Assembly (NCBI RefSeq): GCF_036365525.1
Contig: NC_090388.1
Location: 32,863,231-32,927,230, forward strand
DNA length: 64,000 nucleotides
DNA from: Heterodontus francisci
Taxonomy: Eukaryota
Direction of reading: 5' to 3'
A program made the translations under genes and the position numbers. This document shows positions 48,901-62,326 of this stretch, piece after piece (the first letter of the stretch is position 1; the number at the start of each line of letters is the position of its first letter). Under the pieces are notes generated by a model. The model was not told where the DNA came from. It did not search any database and worked only from the letters and a program-made list of their open reading frames with translations.

Positions 48901-51900
48901 ATGTATTTTAAGAATTTTGCTCCCTTTGTGCCTTTCACACTAATTCTATCCCAGTTAATATTAGGATAGTTGAAATCCTCCAGTATTACTGTCCTACTGT
49001 TTTGCACTTCTCAGAGATTTGCCTACATATTTGCTCTTCTATCTCCCTCTGACTATTTGGGGGTCTATAGTACACTCCCGGTAGTGTGATTGCCCCTTTA
49101 TTGTTCTTCATTTCAACCCATATGGCCTCATTTGATGCTCCTTCTACCACATATCACGCCTCCTCGCAGATATAATTTTTCTTTAATCAATATTATGACA
49201 TCCCCTCTTTTTTTATCCTCCTATCTTATCTGAAAACCCTGTAATCAGGAATTATGAGCTGCCATTCCAGCCCTTCTTTCGGCCATGTCTCAGTAATAGC
49301 TAAATATGTTCCCATGTGTCAATCTGTGCTCTCAGCTCATCTGCCTTAGTCCTAGACTTCTTGCATTGAAGTATATACCATTGAGCACTGCCAAACTCCC
49401 CTGTCTCTTTTCTAGCCTTTGTTTCCTTTGCCTTCCAAACAGGCTTACTAATTTTCTGCCTTCCATTTCCAACTTTTTTTCTCTTCCTTCTGAATCTACT
49501 CTCAGGTTTCCATCCCCCTGCCAAGCTCGCTTAAATCCTGCCCAACAGCAAGCGGCTGTGTTCAGGTGCAACCCATCCAGTTTGTACAGGTCCAACCTCC
49601 CTCAGAAGTGGTCCCAATGCCTCAGGAATGTAAAGCCCTCCCTCCTGTAGTATCTCTCCAGCCATGTATTCATCAGCTCTATCTTACTATTACTAGCAGG
49701 TGGCACTGGAAGTAATCCGGAGATTACTACCTTTTGAAGTCCCGCTTTTCAATCTCTCTCCAAGCTCCCTAAACTCTGCCTTCAGGACCTCATCCCTCTT
49801 TCAGCCTATGCCATTGGTGCCGATATAGATGGGGTGTCCTCCTAAAATGGGTTAGACCCCTTGAATATGCTAATCAGAGGCCTGATGCTTGATTTAGTGT
49901 CCTGCTACCAAATGAGCATTGAATGCTCTGCTGAGTTTTTCTGGGTCTACAGCGGTTCTTAAAGGGACTGCTGGTGGCCACCCATGGAAAGATAAGTAAA
50001 GTTCTTTTTTCACTTTCATTAATGCAGACCAAAGAGAAGCAAGAGTGTTCCTCATGGCTCCATAGCAATACTGTAGCCTGTTGCCAGCCTGGGCTTGCTC
50101 CCCACCCCGCTTCCCATTTGCACCCCCTACCGCATCACCCCACATCCCCCACCCTCCCACCCAAGGACTTAACTGCAGGTCAATTCTATGTCAGAACTGG
50201 CCTAATTTTCCATGACCGCAATCTGTGGGCTGCATCAGTATGCCTGATTCGCATCTGCAGCATGCTGGTTTTATGCGGATGAAGCCAAATTTAGAGGCAT
50301 ATATCTTCAGACACACATTCCAAATACACTGTCCACTTATTGTTGTATTTTGGTGTTCAAATTTAATAGGGCATCCATGTCCATATCAGATTGTCAAGTA
50401 AAAATTAGCAGCCTGAACGCCATTGGAAATGCCTTTTGATCTGTACAAGGGTGGCATTGTAAGAAGAGCAGTAAGGCTGTTGAAAGTTCCGCTTGCCTCC
50501 TTTAAAACTGGTCACAGAGATACCACTATATTTTCTTGCACAGAATTTCTGTAGAAATTACAACATGGAAACAGGCAGCTTGCCCCTGCCATTGATGTTG
50601 GGGTTTATCCTCCATAAAAGCAATAACTTAGCTGAGATGGAGGAGTCTCCAGAGAGGTATGATGCCAAAAGCAGCAGTACTTTAGATTTTGGCTCTTGTC
50701 TTGCAGTACAGGATTCTTATATGTCTTAAGCATGTTAAAGGCCTTGAGATAAGCCAAGAGAATTTTGTTGTATGAAAAGACAATGTAGTTAATTGAACTT
50801 TAAATTCATTAGTGCTTCTGTTTACCACACCTGTTGCCATATCTCCATTGCAAACTTGAGATTATCAAACGTTTGTAACACACAGTAGTTAAATATTTAA
50901 ACTCCTGAAATGATACCCTAGGCCTAATTTCGTCAGCCTTAAGCTTCATAGAAAGGGCATCCAGTAACTTATAAAATGACCAGGTGGCATACGCAAAGTA
51001 TGTAGTACTTCACGTGTACTGAGACATAGAAGCTGCACTTAAGGATGTCGTCAAGGTGGTCTCCACTTTCTTCTCTGTGGTGTTGTAATGAGTTTGCTAT
51101 GTTGAACTGATGGGAGTTTATACATCCTCAGAAAAGCATGAGGTACTTTTCTTTTGGTTCCACTGTTGAGACTAAAGGATTACATTTTCTTCTGTTTGAT
51201 AATTTTAGTGAAAATGTAGACATAAAGTAGAATTAAAAGCCAACGTGTGCTTAAAAAAAACTATTCATCGATATTTAGCTATGACAGTGAAAGAAAAAGC
51301 TGATACAGAAAGCGTCTACTCCTGTTGTGTTCATACTGATAAACTTGTGCAACATATAATTGCATTGTCAAAAATGTTATACTTTACTCCAAGTCAGACT
51401 TGTCAATTACCAACTTTAATGAAGGGAAAGACTTCAAAGTATCATCACAGCAGTGGTAGAAATTAGTAATGCACAGGCGTTTTTGGTCAGTGGGAATGAA
51501 TGTAGCAGCCATGGATAGCTATATTGTAGTGGAGCAGGAGGCGAAGATGGCCCATGACAGCAGATGGCATAGGAGGTGCACAGTGGATACCACACCAGAC
51601 AGCAGTTCTACAAAACGGTGTCAGGTACTGGGGATTGGCAGAGGAGCAGTGCATGAGAGGTTCAGGCTCACCAGAAAGTGTGTGAATAAGGTTTGCCAAC
51701 TGATCAACAAAGTAATTTTCTAAACAGTAAAGGAATAATAGACTGCTTAAGACTGAATTCATTTTATTTTATCGGAGGGCAGTAGTGGTGTAGATATTTA
51801 ATATGTTTTGCTGGGCATATGACTTGTTTTGTGTTATGAACTTCTTATGCTGGTTGTGCATTTGTGTGTCTATTAAGTGCTCTCCCAGGCATAGCACTGG

Positions 51901-52389
51901 TTGATAGCTATTCAGCTAATTGGCAAGCTGCTGACAATACAGAAATTACCTACTCTTGGCTGCAAGTAACCCTAATTGAACCACATCAGTGCCAGCTATC
52001 TTCTTCACTGGAGCCATTCTGGTTCATCTCTTTCAGAGGCAATTTGGGCTGTCGTGCTGAGCTGCATAATGACACAGAGCAGTTGCTGACTTTGAGCGTC
52101 AACCTACAGCTCCTGCGCATGCCACCGTTAGACAGCAACTTCTCACAAGCCTCACTGACTTGTTTGAGCATATGGGCATCTATGGTCTCAATATAATTGC
52201 CTGTAACTTAACCGGATAAGCTGGTTAGCTATAAATGTATCTTGGATTTTGGACTCTAAAGCAACTGTGAGAGATACTTCCATTGTGCCTATAATTTACA
52301 TATTTCAAGTTTCCAGCGGAGATGCCACTGGTGGTATTGTATAATCACAGACGGATTACAATACAAACAATCTTTACCCTGCAACGTCA

Positions 52390-52885
52390 TTTAGGGGAGA
52401 TGACACTAGAGAGGTTACAGAGGAGATTTATGAGGATGTTGCCAAAAATGGAGAATTTTAGCTATGAGGAAAGATTGGATAGGCTGGAATTGTTTTCTTT
52501 GGAAGAGGAGGCTGAGGCAAGATTTAGTTGAGGTGTACAAAATTATGAGGGGCTTAGACAGAGTAGGTAGGAAGGACCTATTTCCCTTAGAGAGGTCAAT
52601 AACAGGGGGCATAAATTTAAGGTAATTGGTAGAAGGATAAGAGGGGAGATGAGGAGAAATTGTTTCACTCAGAAGTCAGTGGGGTCTGGAACTCACTGCC
52701 TGAAAGGGTGGTTGAGGCAGAAACCCCCAACACATTCAAAACAGACTTGGATATACACTTGAAGTGTTGTAACCTACAGGGCTATGGACCAAGAGCTGGA
52801 AAGTTGGATTAGGCTGGATAACTCTCCTTCAGCTGGCGCAGATTTGTTGAGCCAAATGGCCTCCTTCAGTGCTGTAAATTTTCTA
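52390..52885 (+). mobile_element. CR1 3' fragment
   Basis: LERLQRRFMRMLP...SYEERLDRLELFSLE and CR1 tail. Confidence 0.9.
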
Positions 52886-53146
52886 CGTTGCAATGACTGT
52901 ATCAAAATTTGCTGATGATAAAAGTTAGGTGGGAAAGTAAGCTGTGAGGAGTGTGCAAAGAGGCTGCAAAGTGATGTAGGCAGGTTAAGTAATTAGGCAA
53001 GAAGGTGGCATTTGGGGAAATGTGAAGTTATCTATTTGGTAGGAAGAATAGAAAAGGAGAATATTTTAAAAAAGCTAACAGAGTATATGTTGATATTCAT
53101 AGAGATTTGAGTGTCCTTGTGTACAAATCATAGTTAACATGCAGGT

Positions 53147-54762
53147 TGTTGTGGAAGTGCTTCTATTTTTAAATATTTTTTGAGGACTCGTGTTTTAGAA
53201 TTGTGGAGATGGATTCATTGGAGGACTGAAGTGATTCCATAGATGCTGGACTTTGTTTTTTTAAAGTGTCACTGTAAGGACTCTGTTTAAAAAACATTTA
53301 CTAGATGTCACATGTCTTCAGCTAAATAAACAACAGGTGCCTTCAGACTATGGGAGCTGTTTACAAGAGAGGTGACCTGTCAAGATTTATGGTGCTCAAG
53401 AGTTGGTTTCATTTTTGAATACGGTTTTGAGTCAGCTGGGTTTGTAGCCTGCTAAAAGAAACACCCAGCTCATCTTTTCTCCACCTGTCTGAGAAACCCT
53501 GCAAAATCCAGTGTGAGATAGCTAAAACCCCTGATGCTGCATTTCTCCTGAGAAGCTTCTGGAAGACTTCCTCTCAACATCTCTTGAACGAACTGCTTCC
53601 GAAAAGATCCTAGTGAGTAGTCTACGTGCATTTGGACACCAGACTGTATGCCATCTGGAACATAACATATCTTATCCTTTTTCTTCAAGAATTAACAAGT
53701 ACTTTGGCCAAGGCATCTTTATTTTTCCTTTAATCGGTGTGTGGGTGTGTTGGTTATTTAGAAGGGTCGACATACATATTTCAAACTGTGTTAAAGCTTT
53801 GCACCTTTATTGACAAAATCTTGTTTTATAATAAATTAATGGATGTGTTTGCTGACAACATAACCACTAGGTGGCACAGTACTTGCACATGTGCAAATGC
53901 AACCTCATGCATTGAAATGTCACTGTCTGTGACAGTTTTTGGCAGCTACCAGGAGTAAAGATGGCGCTACTCAATTTATCACAAAAACAAAAGCAAATGA
54001 AACCCAAGTCCCCACAGTGGCTGTGACCGTTGCCTTCATCCCAGCAACAACAGTACCCCACTCCCTCCTGCCATCACGCTTCTGTTCGCCGCTGCCTCCT
54101 GCATCCGTATGTTCACCACTCGCTCCTCTCCCTGCCTATCTGGTCATTCTCTCTCTCTCTCTCTCCCCTGCTTCCCCCATCCGAGAAAGAGAGGCGGTGA
54201 TCGTGGGAAGGGAGTGTCTGAGGGGGGAGAAGTGGTGAGGCAGGGAGGGAGTGGTTGAGAGGTGGGGGGGGTGAAGCGGGGAGCAAGTGGCTGACAGGTG
54301 GTGGGGGGGGGGGTGAGGTGGGAACGAGTGGCCGACAGGTGGGGAGTGGGGGGTGAAGCGGAGAGTGAGTGGCCAAGGGGAGGGAGAAGTGGTGTTGAGG
54401 CAGGGAACGAGAGGTGAGCAGACGTTGCAAAATACATGCACGAATTAGTCCTGGCAAGCCGGGTGCTAACGGAGGCTGTGCATGCACAGCACCATACTGA
54501 CAGGAAGGGTCAGTTCTGTGCATGTGTGAAGCTGGGAGCGCTCTGATGATATTGGCGTTGGGCTGCATTGTCAGGGGTCACTTTAAATTAATACCTTTGT
54601 TGTTTATTAAAGAAACCTGGTTGGTGGATTTTATTCTGAAATAAAAATAGGGTATATAATTGGCCGCATTGGTAACTGGGTACACATTTAAATATATGCT
54701 GTGACCTGTGGAGAAGTGGAACTAGAGAAAGACAGTGCACTCCTCCCGCCTTGGTCGTAACA
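53147..54762. mobile_element. Solo LTR (Gypsy-type) carrying a nested element
   Basis: TGTTGTGG...TCGTAACA termini with 4-bp TSD AGGT (53143-53146 / 54763-54766). Confidence 0.85.
53841..54583 (+). mobile_element. Second copy of the subterminal-inverted-repeat element family
   Basis: Begins GGATGTGTTTGCTGACAAC...GCACATGTGCAAATGCAACC, ends GCTGCATTGTCAG; G-rich low-complexity middle; TAAATTAAT on both flanks. Confidence 0.65.
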
Positions 54763-55409
54763 AGGTACAGTCAGCAATTAGGAAGGCAAATGATATCTTA
54801 GCCTTTATTGCAAGGGACTTGAGAGTAGAGTAATGAAGACTTGCTGCAATGATAATTGGAGTATTGTGTGCTGGTTTAGTCTCCTTACCTAAGGATATAC
54901 TTGCTTGGGGGTACAGGGAAATTAAGGTTCACTAGATTGATTCCTGGGATGAGAGGAATGTCCTCTGAGAAAAGATTGAGTAGAATGGCCCAATATTCTC
55001 TGGAGTTTAGACAAATGAGACATGATCTCATTGAAACATGTAAAATTCTTAGAGGGCTTGACAGGGTAGATGCTGAGAGGCTGTTCCTGGTTGGAGAATC
55101 TAGAACTAGGGGGTCATAGTCTCAGGATAAGGGATTGGCCAGTTAGGATTGAAATGAGGAGAAATTTCTTCACTTAAGAGGATTGTGAATGGTTGGAATT
55201 TTCTATCCCAGAGAGCTGTGGACGCTGAGTTGTTGAGTGTATTCAAGACTGAGATCGATAGATTTTTGGACTCTTAGGGAATCAAGGAATATGGGGCTAA
55301 GGCGAGAAAGTGGAGTTAAGGTAGAAGATCAACCGTGATCTTATTGAATGGTGGAGTATACCCGAGGGCTGTATGACCTACTCCTCCTCCTATTTATTAT
55401 GTTTTGGTG

Positions 55410-56720
55410 TTCTTTATCGCACCCTAACACACTTAACACTGGCCCTAACCTGGTACCCACAATTCAGAACTCCCACACAGTGGCAGCTATTTAATCATGA
55501 CAGCCACATCACCTAAACTTGTGGACACTGACTGACACACTTCCCTCTTTCTTGCAGGAGAAGGCTGGGCATAACAGAAGGCAGCAGGAGTTGCGGGGGG
55601 TGGGCGGGGGTAGGAGAAGGAGGCATGCCTGCATGTTTTAACCCCTATGGAGGAGATATTGCTAGCCGACATAGGAAGGGGCATCGCTGAGGCCTTGGCC
55701 ACTGGAGGGATCGATCTGTAACCAGGGTATCTGCATACCTAATCCTCCATCTCTATTCCCATTTCTCCCCCATCCCACAATCTCTTCTCACAAACTACAG
55801 ATGGGGTAAGCACACACTTCTTACTTTCTCTTCTCCTCACCACAACTCAATCCTTGTCCCTTTTTCATTTCAGATATTCCTAGTCAGAGGAGGAAGGGAA
55901 AGACGACAATGAGGATAAAGAGATGTCATCAATCGCTCTTACACTTAGGCGCCAGTTGAGAGATTGGCACTGTGCATATTTTAAGGCTCTGCACATGGTG
56001 AGACACTGGGGACAAGTGTACAGAAGCCAGGACTAGGGGAAAAGGACAGTGCAGGTGCCAGCTTGCTGGAGGGCGAGAATGCACACTAGTTCTGTTGCAG
56101 TGGAGTCAGATGAGGACTTTGATGGGGTAGGCTGACACAATCAAGTAGTTGGTGCACTGGAAAACCTGCCAGAAAACCTGTGCGCCATGTCAAGAATGGA
56201 GTAGTCCAGCTCCAACTTGGCACAGGGCTTTGCACAAAGCTTGCAGCCCATCCTTTCCAACATGGAAAATGTGATCCTCCATCAGCACACCTGTGGAACC
56301 CATTATGATGAAGTGATACAGCGTCTGATGTCACAGTTTCCATTGCAGCACAAACAACTTCCATCAGAGGTCTAAGTGCTGCTTTGCAAGCTCAAACTGC
56401 TGCCATCGTGACTCTGGATACCTCAAAGAGTTTCCAAGGTGTCACAGCAGTTCATCAATCTGTTGTCCAACAGATCAGTAGGAGTACGGAGACAATCAAA
56501 AGGTGGCTTCAAATCACCAACACACACTCAGTCGCTTCATCATCTTATTATTCTGCATGTTGCTGGCAGTTATTAGGTGCATGCACATGCAAAGCCCTTT
56601 ATCAAGATGATGTCTTGTGCCCTTCCTGTTGAAAGTCCGCCCGCATTTCAAAACCCATTTGTGTCTTATGTGGCTGCTTAGTGCCTAAAAATAAATGCTA
56701 CACGGCCCAATTTAGCGCCC
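55410..56720 (+). mobile_element. Probable Harbinger Myb/SANT accessory-gene remnant
   Basis: Acceptor TCTTGCAG followed by EKAGHNRRQQE..GGG...LHVLTPMEEIL, resembling the post-SANT motif of Harbinger ORF1; degenerate intron/exon structure. Confidence 0.5.
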
Positions 56721-59700
56721 ATTCTCTCTACCATCGTTTCACATATAATAAAATTGCAATGTTATGCAAAGTATATCTTCTAATAACTTACTCTTTCTAC
56801 ATTCGTACAAACATTTTTTTTTACTAGGGCAATGTTTTACTTACACCTTTATCAACTCTATTGGTAAAATAGCTTATTAGCTGCTTGGGAAGCAGACACA
56901 TTGTAATTGACTAATGGTAGGTCTGCTCCTGCTAATGAAATAATACTTTAAATTTGGGTAATGGGTTGAAAGTTACACAAGATGGACATTTTTCCTATTT
57001 TTCAAAGGAAAACAATTAAAGGCACAACATCATCTTGTTCTACAAATAACAATCTTTTTTTAAAGAAAATATATTACTTTCAACCCCTTGCCCTTTTTCT
57101 TCTTTTAGCATTTTTCTCCATCTAAGAGGGTGGGCTGGAGACTTGCTTCTAAGTCTTTAGCAATGTTCACTATTGCTGGCTACTGGGAAGTTATCATCTA
57201 GTTCCAATGGTAAATAGTCCAGTTGTCAAATTAATAAATCAATAATTTGAAGAATTAGAATACACAATTAGAGTACCTGAAATTACACATTGAAAACAAA
57301 GCACAATTACAAAAACTAAATGCTGTAAGCTCAGCAACATGGGCTCACTCCTTTATGGGCAATTTGTGGCCCACAGAGGACGCCCACCGAGAACCAATTC
57401 ACCCCCTGGGACCCCCCCTTCCCCTGGACAAGAAGACCAACCCCTCCCCTCCCCTCCCCTCCCCTCCCCTCAAGCTCGGCAGGGCCTTCCAGACTGGCCC
57501 CAGTAACCCTGCCACACGTAACTCTTGTCCATGATTCCACTGCTGGGCCTGGGTCTGAGTTTCTGCAGTACTGGCAGTGGCCACCGCTCCCAGTGGTGCT
57601 GCCTATACTGTTGAGCTGCCAGCCCTCTGATTGGCTGGCAGCTCTTGAAGGCGGAATCCCCATCCCTTTAAAGCCTCCTAAAACTTTGGCACAAAAAGAC
57701 CAGAGGATCGCTGGGGGTGGGGACACATGGACAGCTTTATGTAGCATTTTCCAGAGTGAAAAGTTTGCATTCTTTTTAAAGTCTTTGGTGAAAGAATAAC
57801 TAGAAATCCTGTATTTAAAGAAGTACTGTTGTAATAAAGATACTAATTTGCCTGCAAGTGTTTTGCGGGTCTCTGCTGGTAGATATTATAACTAACATGT
57901 CAACTGTGAAAAAAAGTTAATTTATTTTTTGTAAAGATGCAGTGTCATTTTTTTCTATTTATATTTTGTTTCCAGTTTTTTCCTGACCTCTTGGACTCTT
58001 CCTCAGCTTTGAGAAAGGGGTAAGTAGGTAACTTGCTCCTAAGCCTTTGGCAGTGCTGCTCTGAAGTGTCAGAGGAGCACAGAGAACTGCCTTGGAATGA
58101 GTGGCCTCTTTTTGGCATTCTTCCACAGGAGACACAGCTGAGATTGGGTACTGTAGGTGTCAGTTTTTCTTAGTTCATAGCACTTTCACACTATTTGTCT
58201 TCGAGGTTTATGGGCCGGAATCTCTCACAAATACTTGAATTCAGAACCGAGGTTGGCAATCTAGTGCTGGGGAGGGACTGCTGCACTTTCTGAGAGCCCT
58301 TTGAAAGATGCCTTAACAGAGGGGCTTCCCACTTATGTCCAGCTGAACATAAAAGCTAAAAACATGGAAAGGAAACATATTTGGTTTTCTGAAAGGTTGA
58401 GATTAAATGGGCTAAATTCTCGACTAGAGAATGAAACTTCGGAATGTGAATGATTGGAACTATTAATGTACCATTCTTTGAAATAGAGCCAAAAATATTT
58501 CACTTGTCTGTATCTTAATACTGTATGGCAATGTTTTATTATAAATTGTGTAAAGATCTACAGACTGAACTGGTCTGCACTAATTACCAATAAGAGAATT
58601 GTCATCACTACTGTCGGATGTCCTAAAATTTGTGCTTTTAACTTCAAAGGGAGAAACCTTCTCTAATACTTTATACCAGGCCCTTTCTGCTTCAACACAG
58701 AACTAGTTTTAGCAGCAAACCTATAAAGAAAATGAAAATTGGTTCTTGGATGCTGCTGCACAAACACTGTGAAGTGTCTGCATGAGCGGAAACGAAACAC
58801 ATTCAGTGTTACAAATTTTTTATTAAACCTTTGGGACATTTGGTTCTGTTGTAGAAAGATATGTATATTTTCAATCAATCACTTGGGTTTACAGAGTATT
58901 TACATTTAAGATAATTTAGAGTTTCAAATATGAGTTATGATCAGAATTAGCATCATATATTCCATTCAGCTGACCAAATTCCTAGTTGCATGATAAAGCG
59001 ATAATCACTATCATTTTATAAAATTATTGAGCTGGTCTACTTGAACAACAATATTGTAAGAAATATACATTTAATTGCTAAACAAATTAAAATAAATAAC
59101 TGCTCATCTTTCTGGCTTTATGACATTGATTCAAAGAAGTCAAACTTTCAGATCTTTACATAGAACTCAATTAACTATCGCAATAAAAAAAGTTTTGTTA
59201 ACGTAATGAATTATACCAACCTAGAAATTACTGCTAGCAATAACAGATGAATTTTAAAATGTGCACATCATTCTTTGGTTCACTTTTAACAAAATCTTTA
59301 ATTCAGTTAAAATAAACTGGCTAATGTCTGCTTAATATCAACACCAGTAAATTTTCTGCTATATTCTCTAGCTATGAATGGTATACTTTCTTGAATTTTG
59401 GCTTCATTGCTAATGAATACAATATACTATCAGAACAATTCATTTGGCAAAGCTCCAAAGGTGGTGTGTAAAGTGGAGATCAAAGCTGCTTGGACAGGAC
59501 TTGCAGAGAGAATGAATGGAGCCTCACAGCTCCAAGGGAACAAAAAGGGAAATATTTGTGATATTAAGAATGCCAATGTAATCAAACCCACATTTTACTT
59601 CTGGGCCAAGCTTTGGAAGGGAGCAAAAAGCTTTCATGATATCATTTGAGACTATGCTGAATGCCTTGAGAGGACTATGGGAGAATGCGTAGTGGTGCAC

Positions 59701-60967
59701 CTCTGACCTCATGGTCCCAATCAAAATTGTGAACTACAGCATCCTCAAGGAGGTAACATGGAAAATATAGAGACAACTTTTTTCTTTTCTGCACACTCAT
59801 TACAGTGAAGACATAGGGCACATCTTTTGTAGAGCATATGAATAGCGCTTACTGAGATGCAAATGTTGAATGGTGTGTGGAGAACCAACAATGCCACCAG
59901 AAATGAAATGCCTGAATCATTTGAATGCACTTACATATGAAGGGATGTGTACTGAACATGGGGTTGGCTACCTGTGTGCTCTTCCAATTTCTAACATTTG
60001 GATGTCTTGTTTTCAAGAGAGTATTGCTTATAACCATGGTAATCGGGTAGACACTGACGGAGGATTTCCCATTGGAAATCAGTCCCGATTTGAAGAAATG
60101 ACTAGGCATTTTTGATCTGGGAGGTGAAGAATGAGAGTTGAGTTGTTCTGCCACCACCCAGCCAATATCCTTCTTTAATTTCTTACTTGTCTTGCTTAGT
60201 AACATAGAGCCATGTATTTCATAGCAGTATCATACATTGTCATCTTCCTCTGTTAGAATGTATTCCATCCTGGAACCCTTGTTCCATACCTTGCTTTTCT
60301 CTTTCTAAAAGGTCTTTCCAAGATGAGATAGTGGCAGCTGATGGCAGCGATAACCTGAGAACTTCACAGCAAGTTGCAACACATACTCCACCTTGCATAA
60401 GAACTGTCCCAATTTGAGATTAGTATACTGAGGGGGAAAAACACTGAGTGGAGCATTCCTCACAAATGAATATGGGCAAGTGGACGAGGTAGCACATAAA
60501 GAGACCCAAATAGTTTCTCTGCTGAAGACTGTGAATGGAGCTAAGGAATATCTGTCTTCCACTTTCAAGACAAATGATGGCCCACTTCAGGTAGGTCCAA
60601 AAGGACCATGGTCATGGTTGAGAGGAACCTGAGCGGACCCACAAATCAACACTCCCCCACCCTGCCCCCCACTCCGGGTGCATTTCCAGCTGACATGGAC
60701 AGGCAAGAGCCACAGATATGTCCAAAATGGCACCTGTGTCTGCTTGTCCCAAGTAAGTAAAGTGCCTTTGTTTCTTTATGCAACTCTGTTGACTTTTCTG
60801 TTACTGCTCACTGTCCTTCTATTAGAAGCAAAAGATTAGCCAAAATAAAACTTCCATTTCCCTTTAGAGTCAAGATCTGCTGCCTTCCGGATTTTCCACC
60901 CCCAGGCTGCTAACCAGACACCCTGCCGACTTTTTTCATGCACAAGCAAACCCATTAAAATTAGGGG

Positions 60968-61606
60968 AAACTGGGAAGTATAACTTTCTTTGTGGCCTAA
61001 ATTAACTTACCTAATGGCTAATACAAAGATGCCCTTTGTCACTGAAACACTTAAAACTACACTTATGTATGAACTATATAACAATAAAGTGCAAATAGGA
61101 TGACAGGTAAACTTAGGGTCTTGCCAAATTGCCTTCCTCACCGCCAGTGGAGACTCGCCCAAGCCATAGGCGACGCAGACCCAATTTTGCTACCTTCGTA
61201 AAATATATTCTATCTGCATTAAGCTGCCTGTTTGATGCATAATGCCTCCCTCTGTATTTACTTATTCAACCAAAAAGACCCTGTAAATATCAGTCTTCTA
61301 ATGAACCAGATGCATAATTGCATGTAGCAGAACAATGCCATGGAAATTCCATTAACCTCTTTGAAACAAAGTAAAAGTATATTTTTTTAAGTCAAGCAAT
61401 GTAATGCATCCTGTGTTAATGGAAAATCTTGCGGCGGGAACTTTTAGTTTACATCTATTATAAACTGGGAAGTATAACTTTCTTTGTGGCCTAAATTAAC
61501 TTACCTAATGGCTAATACAAAGATGCCCTTTGTCACTGAAACACTTAAAACTACACTTATGTATGAACTATATAACAAAGTGCAAATAGGATGACAGGTA
61601 AACTTA
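60968..61606 (+). repeat. Near-perfect 148/145-bp direct repeat separated by 346 bp
   Basis: 60968-61115 and 61462-61606 identical by eye except for one 3-nt indel. Confidence 0.95.
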
Positions 61607-62326
61607 AAAATTTATTGTTTCATTTGATCAGCAAGTGTATAATTTATTATGTTCTACCACAAACCTATTGATCATATGTAATGAAGCCTTTTAGACATAC
61701 TACAAACTTGAATTGAAAATGATGTTTCATGACTATGAAGTATGGAGAGCAGGGCAACACAAAGGTATCACTGAAAGTGCCATTGCAGCACAGCAAGTGG
61801 CAACCTGCCTGATATAGAGGCCTCTTTGATCTGTATGCACAACAAAACTCAGATAAGCTACAGACACCCCCCCACCCCGCCACACCATGTTCACAGATCT
61901 AAGGAACTGTAACTTCAAAAACAAAATAAATTAAAGATCCTGTAATAGACAAATGTATTGGAGGGTATTTCTCAGTGTTTAGAAGAAGTCTGAAGGAACA
62001 ATTGCAGTAGCCATACTCACATAATAGTTTCCTAGTGCAGTGGGATTATAGTATAATACATAATATTAAGCCAAACACATTGAGGAGAATTTTCCCAGCA
62101 CCTTGGAGGCAGGTTTGGAGGAGGGGAGGGGCTGGGAAGATGGCAAAAATAATGTGTTGGGCAAGTTGGGTCCTTATCATGTTTGTTGCAGCAGCAGGAG
62201 TTCAGCGCGACCTTATTGGAAATGGCCAATTAAGAACCACCTCTGGGATCACCCACTAATTAGGGACAGTGGGCAAGCTGAGGAAGTGTAGGGCCAATCA
62301 GAACCGGAGATGCGAGGGAGGCCAGC

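Larger units (their letters stand above)
45130..49830 (-). mobile_element. Long degenerate CR1 LINE (ORF1 esterase end + ORF2) with two nested insertions
   Basis: ORF1 SGNH-type DLYKLDGLHLN, ORF2 start IYFNARS, LNEYFASVFTKE, KVDKSPG, RT and 3' tail. Confidence 0.9.
52895..55402 (+). mobile_element. CR1 3' fragment split by a solo LTR
   Basis: KFADD at ~52905; sequence continues across the LTR (ATGCAGGT|ACAGTCAGC); tail CCTACTCCTCCTCCTATTTATTATG. Confidence 0.85.

Noticed and set aside
53939-54568. Pro-rich and Gly-rich ORFs of 97-151 aa (also 45473-45778, 57331-57747)
   Set aside because: They arise from G/C-rich low-complexity interiors of non-autonomous elements
60968-61606. TRIM or mini-LTR element
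   Set aside because: Repeats lack TG..CA ends, PBS, PPT and an outer TSD; a local duplication fits better
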